A DNA stretch of 64,000 bases from Faecousia sp. Its GTDB lineage: Bacteria > Bacillota > Clostridia > Oscillospirales > Oscillospiraceae. Shown here piece after piece: positions 48,201-55,335 of the stretch (within the stretch, counting starts at the first letter, position 1; every line of letters starts with the position of its first letter). The position numbers and the translations under genes are program-made. The notes under the pieces are model-generated. The model did not search any database and was not told the origin of the DNA. It was given only the letters and a program-made list of their open reading frames with translations. The stretch is taken from assembly GCA_045122735.1 (NCBI GenBank), contig JBGVHZ010000035.1:7913-71912 (forward strand). Reading direction: 5' to 3'.

Positions 48201-48660
48201 TGGATATATCGGCCGTATCTACAATGAAGTCGGCATCAATCTGGACCTTCAGGGTCTAACTGCATCCGGTGTATTTGGGAAGTTATTCAGCAAGGCCTCC
48301 GGAGCCACCTACTATACACCAAAGGCAGCAAGCTCTGATGCGACAATCAAATACTTCCAGACGATGCTGATAGAATGCTCCGGCGGCAACTTCTTTGAAA
48401 ACGATGTAAAGCTTTCCGAAGCTGATCTGCAAATCGGTGATGTATTCGTAGCGCAGGCCAATTACAGTGATGCAGGCACAACCAATTACTGGTCCGGAAT
48501 TTACCAGGGCAAAAACGCTGATGGAAAAGATAGCTTCCTGATGTACTATTGGGATTCCGCTGCAAAAGGACATTCTGAGCCCGTTACTATCGAAACGGTA
48601 GAAAGTGCTTATGAATTCAACTACTACTTCGTCCTCCGGCCTAACAATCTGGCAAACTAA
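42259..48660 (+). CDS. Giant secreted protein 2: signal peptide, dockerin-like domain, beta-sandwich, NlpC/P60-like Cys-His domain, DUF11-like domain, 6 degenerate NlpC/P60-like domains, 4 Listeria-Bacteroides-type repeats
   Basis: VWA cleavage site; GDLNGDTLVNAEDIAIL...DISGNKMMDSKDLIVL dockerin EF-hand pair; TVCSGF, RPGDIIV, GHTIIYIGNG; clear paralog of protein 1. Confidence 0.8.
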   Translation: MKNMRRTSAKTLSLAISLLLAISVLFSLSLPVWAETETVPGDLNGDTLVNAEDIAILEAVLDGSQADAADGKYDISGNKMMDSKDLIVLKNLADPSAPALADKLADGITDDALTLVASVEGGVLQSAVVRGNSTKALELNGNTLTVRFAKVQNWSSKGILEMDTLWVSGTQTVTVSLLDAEGNVLGTAGSASAKDAGWSRIRVPLSGVADRAEIGGFTVTVSADAHMYMDNLFVDISDEYKITRAEMENALVEMAWNWYFKGSAYEYDSVSLNSLEQHKNRPLSGYSGGKSRLTLFPTLEDATSHSSVFTVCSGFAYDMYLTALGYPILGSKLNSLTMTFWRNSSYYPGNVRDAEGAYDMAILRWHDKGQGTVYYEYDEQFSNHYKDENGNIVYNNWYDKAAVKEFFENYEENFRPGDIIVSDHPGHTIIYIGNGMVMDVNGGRFNPITDKMEGLGGKYDMTTGVEKGEAYGCVSYRSFAGYFLTPNGAGKTWLDRRLDYPEDGSGKLLESGTLEHNHLVVIRPLNLLTIDDGDNDPSNDKLNPEYKLNTGLLKYQLEHDVSHEVKTSGYHIDEVTQTRLNYPGMNIDRTVNITPYGTAVKGDTITYTVAITNNSNDAQYVAFKGDGYQPKAYEGLTVVEHIPANTVLTAAPGAIVEGDTLTWKVTVPAGETLKLTYTVKVTGEIGEKIVCGGGWVNNIPSNTITNVIGGTKLSDPCLEALTGLYNTGADSWDIDAVADNGTRFAEKLYKAATGKTLPLPEVQEIMDIFFSEYKYTTSGGYYLHNSNVTRYMYTLRENPSNTKYQTYFDMLVPGYYGGLWCYTDEYNGEARINELRAEYLEPGDILIYMDLTPSTNDGATSQSRVVEGYTVLVYMGKDCYASLDSEGNLIAANDAVCRTSAFAHDLFVCLRPSQAVEDLCNGDSYTVTWVNADGAILETDENVLPGTIPSFEGDTPTMEADGEKEYTFAGWTPAVCVVTGDKTYTAVYTHRDLTDGKLTDAELNILANITPEAVKADITSDIIPHLGNVAPWIYRQAGINYNAIATSGTRTGQIQSTYYTATEFFSGNSTSGWKIKDTINAPYKTMLVTNAYGGEAMVNAPAFDINYLQVGDIFCAAFDKAITGASATYYYTYLYQGNGKFLLISADSAVYQLEDVLNAKYADTQLGWSYFYVIRPENYNGAIRDITLRNLTDAEKYALSKLETGSSSQYVHTNVPACYKAVGITLTMEGKLSQEAVRNKLFNSSSPRVPIAAADDTAIFYHKMAIPCYGGSYLPYELSVANAVAGNLLEIGDIVTGSCPCTYVDADGRTQTKKPYFTALYQGEGKFLLNYAETYDIEAAAYVIKNVSGVSAAFIDDLNPYYYYTLRPEMLAAETQDTYTVTWVNEDGSVLETDQTAAFTLPAYDGGTPVKAPDAQYTYTFVGWDSLFTSVNRDVTYTAVYKAEARSYTITWKNGSTVLETDEGVPYGTIPAYNGKRPYNKNEKVGFAGWDKEITAVTGDVTYTATFTALRDMTSGGLTDAEKAVISSLTLTDWSSNVGSRALENVIIWVYKEAGIDITSAYGYQSRSNAQISNTLSGASAIAKDYYTKIAVAGSYGNNVIGVGTDDLQIGDIFAGLYYIDLNGTSTTMYHAAVYLGKDDQGKDMFLDVFDKINSAGTGKTAGSAIASFEDIESKYTEDGFTTWSYRYVLRPSQLSIPHTVTWVNADGTVLETDTVPYGAVPTYDSATPAKAATSQHTYEFAGWDKAITAVNGDVTYTAAYEAYRFLTNHKLTNEELDILASIRSDDVKSGLKGSNLDSVGPWVYKQAKIDDGDTFSKTVHGMKGTVLKSTGAYVPSDANYNATYGPMLVADAWGGTAYSNRFDLDTNTLQVGDLFCASFFQMGSAKNKNVYYVYLYQGNGDFLLMSSASTVVKCAELLASTYTYEDTTYNWTYWYVIRPENYGSSTVRDMALRSLTGAEKYALSKLTASDLKGLSTGRLYGYIGRIYNEVGINLDLQGLTASGVFGKLFSKASGATYYTPKAASSDATIKYFQTMLIECSGGNFFENDVKLSEADLQIGDVFVAQANYSDAGTTNYWSGIYQGKNADGKDSFLMYYWDSAAKGHSEPVTIETVESAYEFNYYFVLRPNNLAN

Positions 48661-48668
48661 TATCCCTA

Positions 48669-48699
48669 AAACGGGGCATACCAAAAGGTATGCCCCGTT
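48669..48699 (+). terminator. Hairpin terminator after giant gene 2
   Basis: AACGGGGCATACC-AAAA-GGTATGCCCCGTT. Confidence 0.65.
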
Positions 48700-48725
48700 A
48701 CGCTTTGCAAAGCGCAATAAAAATC

Positions 48726-48755
48726 GTCCGCACGCTCCGGTTGGAGCGTGCGGAC
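48726..48755 (-). terminator. Hairpin terminator of metF operon
   Basis: GTCCGCACGCTCC-GGTT-GGAGCGTGCGGAC with A-run on its left (U-tract on minus strand). Confidence 0.65.
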
Positions 48756-48770
48756 AAAATATATATTGGT

Positions 48771-49658
48771 TTAGATTTCTGCCTGCTCCAGCAGCATGGG
48801 AACCTTGGATTCCCAACCCAGAGCCATAATGTGCAGACCCTGGCAGTAGGGCTTGCAGGCCTTGATGATCTCAGCGGCAATTTCTACGCCGGTGATGCCG
48901 GCCTTGGTCCGTTCGGGATCAGCAGCCAGACGGGCGATCATCTCATCAGGCACATGGACGCCTGCCACATTCTTGTTCATGAACTTTGCCATGCCGGCAG
49001 ACTTGGGAATGATCACACCCAGCTGCACAGGCTTGCCGAACTGGGAAGCCTTTTCCATGAACTTGGCAAACTTTTCAGGCTCAAAAACAGCCTGGGTCTG
49101 GAAATAATCCGCGCCGGCCATAACCTTGCGTTCCATCTTGGCAAGCTGGGCATCCACAGAGTCAGAGCAGGGAGAAACCACAGCGCCCTTGGCAAACTTG
49201 GGAGCTTCCCCCACCAGAGGATTGCCTGCCAGGTCAACGCCCTTTTCCAGCTGGCACACAGTGTGCAGCAAAGATACGGAATCCAGGTCGAAAACAGGCT
49301 TTGCGCCAGGATGGTCGCCCATGGTGGTGTGGTCACCGGTGAGGCACAGAATGTTGTCAATGCCAAAGAGGGCAGCGCTGAGAAGATCAGACTGCAGACC
49401 CATTCTGTTGCGGTCACGGCAGGTCAGCTGATAGATGGGCAGCAAACCTGCATCCTTCAGCACCTTACAGGTAGCCAGGCTACCCAGACGCATAACGGAG
49501 GACTGGTTGTCGGTCACGTTCACAGCGGTAATGCCGGAAAGGTAAGTCTTGGCTTCTTCTACCAGATGGTCAATATGAAATCCTTTGGGAGGGCCTACTT
49601 CCGCAGTTACCACGAATTGACCCTTATCAAACAGTTCAGTAATTCTCATAGCTCTCAC
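48771..49658 (-). CDS. metF: Methylenetetrahydrofolate reductase, MetF subunit
   Basis: TAEVGPPKG, NVTDNQ, QLTCRDRNR, LTGDH, FQTQ, HIM. Confidence 0.92.
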   Translation of the reverse strand: MRAMRITELFDKGQFVVTAEVGPPKGFHIDHLVEEAKTYLSGITAVNVTDNQSSVMRLGSLATCKVLKDAGLLPIYQLTCRDRNRMGLQSDLLSAALFGIDNILCLTGDHTTMGDHPGAKPVFDLDSVSLLHTVCQLEKGVDLAGNPLVGEAPKFAKGAVVSPCSDSVDAQLAKMERKVMAGADYFQTQAVFEPEKFAKFMEKASQFGKPVQLGVIIPKSAGMAKFMNKNVAGVHVPDEMIARLAADPERTKAGITGVEIAAEIIKACKPYCQGLHIMALGWESKVPMLLEQAEI

Positions 49659-50248
49659 TCCTTATTGTAATCCCGGATCTGTACCGGGCACTTTAGCACA
49701 TCCAGCCGATCCAACTGCTTCAGGCGGCGGTAGATCCGCTCCCAACCGCAATCCATGGTGGGATCTACCTCGCACTTGCCGTTCTTTGCGCCGCCGCACT
49801 GGCCGTTCACCAGGCTCTTGGAGCAGGCAGTAATGGGGCAAATGCCGCCGGTAATGTTCAGGTAGCACTGACCGCAACGGTCACAATCCACTTCTTGAGA
49901 AGTCACACCCTGGAAACCGGGCAAGGGGAAAGTATCGCAAATGGCGTAGACTCTCTTGTTGGGGAACATCTCCGCCACCGTCTGCACACCCACGCCGCAG
50001 CTGGCAACCAGCACAGCATCGGCACTTTCAATGGCCTCGGCGCAGCCTTCCAGCCGCACCTTCAAATTCTCGGGGTTGCAAATGTAATCGGTGACCTTCT
50101 TACCGGTGAGGGTCAGTTCCTTTGCAAGTGCTTCCACCTCATGCTCGGGGAAGGAAACTTCCTTACAGCCGTGGCAGCAAAGCAGGAATACCTTACCGCC
50201 TGCAAGGGATTTAATAACCTCTGTATCCTTTAATTGGGTAATCAGCAT
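49655..50248 (-). CDS. metV: MetV (MTHFR Fe-S/Zn subunit)
   Basis: CGVGVQ, CDRCGQCYL..TGGICP...CSKSLVNGQCGGAKNGKCEV....CGW. Confidence 0.85.
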   Translation of the reverse strand: MLITQLKDTEVIKSLAGGKVFLLCCHGCKEVSFPEHEVEALAKELTLTGKKVTDYICNPENLKVRLEGCAEAIESADAVLVASCGVGVQTVAEMFPNKRVYAICDTFPLPGFQGVTSQEVDCDRCGQCYLNITGGICPITACSKSLVNGQCGGAKNGKCEVDPTMDCGWERIYRRLKQLDRLDVLKCPVQIRDYNKE

Positions 50249-50249
50249 C

Positions 50250-52205
50250 TTACTTCATCTCCCTTACTGCGGCCTTGCCGGCTTTGATCTTGGTGACCAG
50301 AGGGATCTTGGAGGAGCAGATGTATTCGCAGCATCTGCATTCCATGCAGTCCATCACCTTTTCGTCCTTGAAGCCGGCCCAGTTGCCGGATTCATAATGC
50401 TTGTGGAAGTAAAGGGGCTTCAGTTCCATGGGGCAAACATCCACGCAGCGGCCGCACTTGATGCACTCCTGGGGAGCGGTGTGGTCATTGTCAATGGCAA
50501 TAATGCCGTTGGAGCCCTTCATAATGGGGGCGTTCAGATCGCTCTGGGGGAAGCCCATCATGGGGCCGCCGGCCTTGATAAGTACATCGCCGGGGAGAAT
50601 ACCGCCACAGTAATCGACCAGATCGGCTGCATTGGTGCCGATCTTCACAACGAAGTTGCCGGGGTTTTTAATGTAAGGACCGGTGACGGTGGTCACACGC
50701 TCGATAAGGGGCATACCGGTCTTTATGGCATCGGAAATGGCCTTCACGGTGCTGACGTTGCTGACAACAGCGCCCACATCTGCAGGCAGCTTGCCGCTGG
50801 GAACCATACGACCCAAAGCACGCTTGATGAGCATCTTTTCGCCGCCCTGGGGGTACTTGGTCTTGGCAGCCAGCACTTCAATGCCCTCTTCGCTTGCCAC
50901 CTTTTCTTCCATCAATGCGATGGCATCGGGCTTGTTGTCCTCAATGACGATGATACCCTTGGGAGAATCTACCGCCTTCATCACAGCCTTCAGGCCGTAG
51001 ATGACGGAATCGGCATACTCCAAAAGAACCCGATGGTCAGCGGTGAGCATAGGCTCACATTCGCAGGCGTTAATCAGTACAGCCTCGATAGGCTTGCCGG
51101 GCTTCAGCTTTACATAGGTGGGGAAGCCTGCGCCGCCCATACCTACAATACCCGCATTCTTTACGATCTCCACGATCTCGTCAGGGGTCAGCTCTTCTAA
51201 AGGCTTGTTGGGCTTTACGCTCTCGTGGACTTCGTCCTTGCCGTCGGAGTCAATAACGATGGCAAGGCACTTGCCCCGGCTGGCGTGCAAACGCTCTTCA
51301 ATGGCAACAACCGTACCACTGACGGAGCTATGTACAGGTGCGCTAATGAAGCCTGCAGCTTCGCCCAGCACCTGACCCACTTTCACATAGTCGCCCACCT
51401 GCACCACGGGGTTGGCGGGTGCGCCCAAATGCATGGAAAGGGGAATGACAACCTGCTTGGGGGCGGGGAATTTCACCAGGGGCAGATGCTCTGTGCCTTC
51501 CTTGCCTTCCACAGGGTGAACACCGCCGTAGTAACCGGCATAGCGGCTTTCCCGCTGTGCCTTTACATATTCGGAAACCGCCTTGTGATTTACCTTAGAG
51601 TAGTCACGAAGCTGTACAGGCTGACTGGTCAGTTCTGCAAGGCGACCCTGACCGGAAAGTCTTTCCTGAATCTTTGCCCAGGCGCAGTCCTTGGTGTTGT
51701 CCACTTCGCACTTGCCGTCCTTGGCGCCGCCGCATTGGCCGTTTACAAGGCTCTTGGCGCAATCCACCACAGGGCAGATACCGCCGGTAATATTTAAGTA
51801 ACATTGGGCGCAGGCATCGCAGGCCTTCTTGGTCAGCGCCATGCCATGCAGACCTCTCTGGGGCTTGGAGTCAGCCACGGCGATCACAGGCACATTTACA
51901 AGGTCTGCAACCGTCTGAATACCCAGACCGCAGGCGATCACCGCCACAAACTGGGTGCCTTCCGGGATCTCCAGCGCCTTTTCCGTCAGAGGACGGTTGC
52001 ACAAAAAGTCAATGTTTGTGCTACCGGTGACGGTCTTGCTCATTGCCTGACACAGAGCAGCAAACTCCTCTGCTTCCGGCTCGCAGATGTCTGTGAATTC
52101 CTTGAAGCACTTGTTGCAGGCTACAATATAAATATTGTCTTTGCCCACCAGAAGCTCCCGTAGCTCCTGTTCCGGCTTCAGCCGATACTTGGTATAATTT
52201 TCCAC
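50250..52205 (-). CDS. MetV-RnfC(RsxC) fusion protein (RnfC2-like)
   Basis: First ~205 aa are a second MetV copy (CGLGIQ, CAQCYLNITGGICP..CAKSLVNGQCGG); remainder RnfC (GGVHP, HLGAPA, GIVGMGGAGFPT, NACECEP, YPQGGEK, GGPMMG, CIKCGRCVDVCP, CMECRCCEYIC). Confidence 0.88.
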   Translation of the reverse strand: MENYTKYRLKPEQELRELLVGKDNIYIVACNKCFKEFTDICEPEAEEFAALCQAMSKTVTGSTNIDFLCNRPLTEKALEIPEGTQFVAVIACGLGIQTVADLVNVPVIAVADSKPQRGLHGMALTKKACDACAQCYLNITGGICPVVDCAKSLVNGQCGGAKDGKCEVDNTKDCAWAKIQERLSGQGRLAELTSQPVQLRDYSKVNHKAVSEYVKAQRESRYAGYYGGVHPVEGKEGTEHLPLVKFPAPKQVVIPLSMHLGAPANPVVQVGDYVKVGQVLGEAAGFISAPVHSSVSGTVVAIEERLHASRGKCLAIVIDSDGKDEVHESVKPNKPLEELTPDEIVEIVKNAGIVGMGGAGFPTYVKLKPGKPIEAVLINACECEPMLTADHRVLLEYADSVIYGLKAVMKAVDSPKGIIVIEDNKPDAIALMEEKVASEEGIEVLAAKTKYPQGGEKMLIKRALGRMVPSGKLPADVGAVVSNVSTVKAISDAIKTGMPLIERVTTVTGPYIKNPGNFVVKIGTNAADLVDYCGGILPGDVLIKAGGPMMGFPQSDLNAPIMKGSNGIIAIDNDHTAPQECIKCGRCVDVCPMELKPLYFHKHYESGNWAGFKDEKVMDCMECRCCEYICSSKIPLVTKIKAGKAAVREMK

Positions 52206-52384
52206 TTCTGCACCTTCCTATCCAGTAGATATGTTAAATGCTCATAGGTTTGTTCTATTATATCACATATCACTTGAAATACGCAACCCCTAATCGATAC
52301 TTTTTTAGCAATTTCTGTAGATTTTCCAGCCACAAAAAAGAACGCCGCCCCACCGGGCAGCGTTCCTTATGTCAAGCTATCGCC

Positions 52385-52849
52385 TTATTGCGGCATCTCG
52401 CTTATATCCACGATTGTTGCTTCAAGCTCTGTGCTCAGCAGCCTATCCCAATGTCCGCCAATATCCGCAATTGTAAAATATTCAAAATCCCCTGCTTTCG
52501 ACTTTAGTGTTCCTTCCTTTATGTCGTAGCCATGGTAGATCAAATCATAACTTGTTCCGTCTGAAAGGTTAAATCGAAAGCTGGTTATTTCTGCTTCTGC
52601 AGTTTCTTCCACTTCCTCTTTCGTTAAGGATAGCTTTACAAAACTGCTGTATAAAGCTGTTATATCTCCTTTATTTGTGACCGTCTTTTTTTCCGCAGAT
52701 CCATCTGTACCCGGGAAACGATACATTTCAATGCTCAAAACATCTTCTGTTTCAAAGGGGAATTCAATGCTTTCCTTTTTCGTTTGATCACAACCGATTA
52801 TGCCCAACACGCATACCAACGCCAAAACCAATACGATCATCTTTTTCAT
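52385..52849 (-). CDS. Hypothetical lipoprotein
   Basis: MKK + hydrophobic core + IIGC lipobox; GGAGG RBS; visibly AT-richer than flanks. Confidence 0.7.
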   Translation of the reverse strand: MKKMIVLVLALVCVLGIIGCDQTKKESIEFPFETEDVLSIEMYRFPGTDGSAEKKTVTNKGDITALYSSFVKLSLTKEEVEETAEAEITSFRFNLSDGTSYDLIYHGYDIKEGTLKSKAGDFEYFTIADIGGHWDRLLSTELEATIVDISEMPQ

Positions 52850-52974
52850 ATGAACATCCTCCTTTGTAAAATCTGGATTTCTCCACTTAAATTATACCCG
52901 CTCCCCTACAATAAATCAAGCCAATCCGTACCCTGCTCCAAAAAATGGGCCCCACAGAAGTGGAGCCCATTTTT

Positions 52975-53048
52975 TGGAGCAGGGTACGGGAATCGAACCC
53001 GCCTTCACGGCTTGGGAAGCCGTTGTATTACCGATATACGAACCCTGC
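52975..53048 (-). tRNA. tRNA-Gly (anticodon CCC)
   Basis: GCAGGGT..GTAT..ATAC.ACGGC-TTCCCAA-GCCGT..GCGGG-TTCGATT-CCCGT-ACCCTGC-T-CCA cloverleaf with encoded CCA; TTGCAT-17-TATAAT promoter at 53087-53059. Confidence 0.95.
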
Positions 53049-53162
53049 AAGTGATGGTATTATACCAAAGGTAACTATAGAATGCAAGAGCCTTTTGTCG
53101 AAAAGAAAATCTTTGCTTTTTCCCCTTCCCTATTATATGATAAAGAAAAAGGAGTTGACTTT

Positions 53163-53384
53163 ATGGAATACGAAATGGTGCGAGAAATCAAAAACCTGTG
53201 TCCCAACAATCAGATGCGGGATGTGTTCATCACCGAGGTGGAGACCGACGACCCGGAGAGCTATGTAAAAGACTTCCTCCAGGGCAAGGCCGTGGAAATA
53301 TCCACCGAACATGGCCCCAACGGCCAAGTCACCGTCCACGCCGTCTGCGACGGCCTGATCCAAAAGTTTATATTTACTCCCTAA
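53163..53384 (+). CDS. Small conserved hypothetical protein (73 aa)
   Basis: AGGAG RBS before ATG 53163, host-like codon usage, followed by terminator. Confidence 0.7.
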   Translation: MEYEMVREIKNLCPNNQMRDVFITEVETDDPESYVKDFLQGKAVEISTEHGPNGQVTVHAVCDGLIQKFIFTP

Positions 53385-53418
53385 AAAGTGGCAGAGGAAA
53401 CTCCCTCTGCCACCTTTT
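53383..53418. terminator. Bidirectional terminator
   Basis: AAAAAGTGGCAGAGG-AAACTC-CCTCTGCCACCTTTTT between convergent genes. Confidence 0.75.
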
Positions 53419-54188
53419 TATTGCTTTTTCAGTCGTTTCTTGGCCTCTTCCACTGTTTCGCCCTCTTTTGTCAAAAAGGCCTCCACAAACTTATCTTCCA
53501 CCTTGGTATAGCCGGCAACCGCACCTTTTTCCACTGCCCTATAACCGGAAACAACTCTATTTTCAACGGCTTTATAGCCTTTTGTTACGGTTTCACCAAT
53601 GGCCTGACCGGCCTTTGCAATTTTAGACTTTGCCATATCCACATACCTCCCTCCTATTAACAAAATGCCCAGCACCAGCAGGAATATCCACACACCGGTG
53701 CCTGTAAGTATATTAAAAATCTGAATGTTCTCCGGCGTCATTCCGGGAAAACTCACCAGCATAGACCGTTGCAAGGTGTATATTGACACCACCGCATCCG
53801 CAAGGCAGATGCTGCGAAGGGTGCTGTATATAGGATCTCGCTGCTTTTTTGCCCGGCAAAAGCCCAGGATCGCCACTGTCATTTTGGTAAAGGTATAAGC
53901 CGCAATGGCAATCATAATAATCTCATGGAATACCCTTCCTCTGTCTTTCAGAGCAGAGAGAATGTTCATACCGATCAGGCAAAAAGAAAGGGCAACTAGC
54001 AGCACACCGGTAATCTTCCTTATATACAGCCTTTTTCTTCTTCCGATCCGCAAGACCGCAAACCGGGTAACAGCCAGCATTCCATAGTAAGCTCCCACGG
54101 TCACGAACCACCAGGAACCCGCATAAAGTCCCAAAAGCCCGTTGCCTATGGCATAAAGGCTATTGAACGCCAAGCTAAGCCAGGTCAT
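53418..54188 (-). CDS. Multi-pass membrane protein with basic C-terminal helical tail
   Basis: Start MTWLS (54188) overlaps upstream stop (ATGA); about 6 TM segments. Confidence 0.65.
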   Translation of the reverse strand: MTWLSLAFNSLYAIGNGLLGLYAGSWWFVTVGAYYGMLAVTRFAVLRIGRRKRLYIRKITGVLLVALSFCLIGMNILSALKDRGRVFHEIIMIAIAAYTFTKMTVAILGFCRAKKQRDPIYSTLRSICLADAVVSIYTLQRSMLVSFPGMTPENIQIFNILTGTGVWIFLLVLGILLIGGRYVDMAKSKIAKAGQAIGETVTKGYKAVENRVVSGYRAVEKGAVAGYTKVEDKFVEAFLTKEGETVEEAKKRLKKQ

Positions 54189-54556
54189 TTCTGAATGCCC
54201 TTGATCATAGGAATGAGGGCAAGCAGCAGCACCATACCCAAAAGGCCCACCAATGTACCCCAAACGATCTGATTGGCCACCAGGCACAAGCACATGCCCG
54301 TGCCGAAAATCAGGGTGGCAAAAATGCCGTAGACTGTGCGGAGCACATTTTTTGCGCTCATTTGGGGCAGTTTCTTATGCTCCATTTTGCACCAAATGAG
54401 GAGCGTAATCAGCCCCAGCAACAGACCGACGCCCCCAAAAATAACACCTTCCCAAAAAGCATTCCACTCGGGGAGCAGGGCCATACACATACCCAAAGAA
54501 AACAGCACCCCACTGACCGTTCCCAGGACCAAGGCAACAAAACTACTTTTTTTCAT
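54185..54556 (-). CDS. Small 4-TM membrane protein
   Basis: Two LGMCM/TGMCL hairpin halves; AGGAG RBS. Confidence 0.75.
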   Translation of the reverse strand: MKKSSFVALVLGTVSGVLFSLGMCMALLPEWNAFWEGVIFGGVGLLLGLITLLIWCKMEHKKLPQMSAKNVLRTVYGIFATLIFGTGMCLCLVANQIVWGTLVGLLGMVLLLALIPMIKGIQK

Positions 54557-54676
54557 ATTGTATCTCCTTTCATTAAACCAACACTTGTGTTTTTATTGCG
54601 TCCGTAGTATACTGCTTTTGTAAGGACAAAACAATCATCAATTTTGCAACAGTTGTTGGAATAATAGGAGAATCAT

Positions 54677-55195
54677 ATGAATATTGCGAACAACCGGCGC
54701 CGTCGGGATTCCCAGGAAAAGATCCAAAAAGCCTTTATAAATCTTCTGCAGGACCGGCAAATGAAAGATATCACAGTTTCTGACTTGATAAAAGCCACCG
54801 GTCTGAACCGAAGCACTTTTTACGCAAATTATCTGGATATTTATGATTTGGCAGATAAAACCCGGCAAATGCTGGAAAAGGATTTTTCTGCCCTCTTTGC
54901 TGATTATGACTATATGAACGCCCGGGACGGCGCAGAAAAAATGTTTGCCCACATCAAGGAAAATCAGTTGTTTTATAAGACCTATTTCAAGCTCTGCTAT
55001 GATGAAAAGTTCCTGATTTCCACCTATGACCCAAAGCGGGCGGAAAAGGAGCAGATCACCCAAAACATCCGGTATCACATAGAGTTTTTCCGGAACGGTC
55101 TGAATGCCATTATCAAATTGTGGCTGGCCGGTGGCTGTAAGGAGTCCCCCCAGGAAATGGCAGAAATACTCAAGCAAGAATACCGGGGCAGATAA
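54677..55195 (+). CDS. TetR/AcrR-family regulator
   Basis: ITVSDLIKATGLNRSTFYANY HTH; divergent from the membrane genes. Confidence 0.88.
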   Translation: MNIANNRRRRDSQEKIQKAFINLLQDRQMKDITVSDLIKATGLNRSTFYANYLDIYDLADKTRQMLEKDFSALFADYDYMNARDGAEKMFAHIKENQLFYKTYFKLCYDEKFLISTYDPKRAEKEQITQNIRYHIEFFRNGLNAIIKLWLAGGCKESPQEMAEILKQEYRGR

Positions 55196-55335
55196 CAGGT
55201 CACGAAAAAACGCTTGTTCACCGATGCCTTTTTGTTGCAATCTACAAATAAGTAAAATTGTATCGAAAAAGACTTTACATTTCCCTAAAAACTGCTATGA
55301 TATATGGGAAATAAAACCTTTAGGAGGATATACAT

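Noticed and set aside
50250-51560. RnfC as part of a membrane Rnf complex
   Set aside because: No rnfD/G/E/A adjacent; fused to MetV and linked to metF.
52206-52330. SAM or T-box riboswitch upstream of the MTHFR operon
   Set aside because: A TTGCGT...TATAAT promoter lies only ~50 nt from the start codon and no riboswitch motifs are visible.
52926-52940. tRNA 3' fragment as an attL/attR site
   Set aside because: Copy is inverted and only ~35 bp away; att duplications are direct, and no integrase is present.
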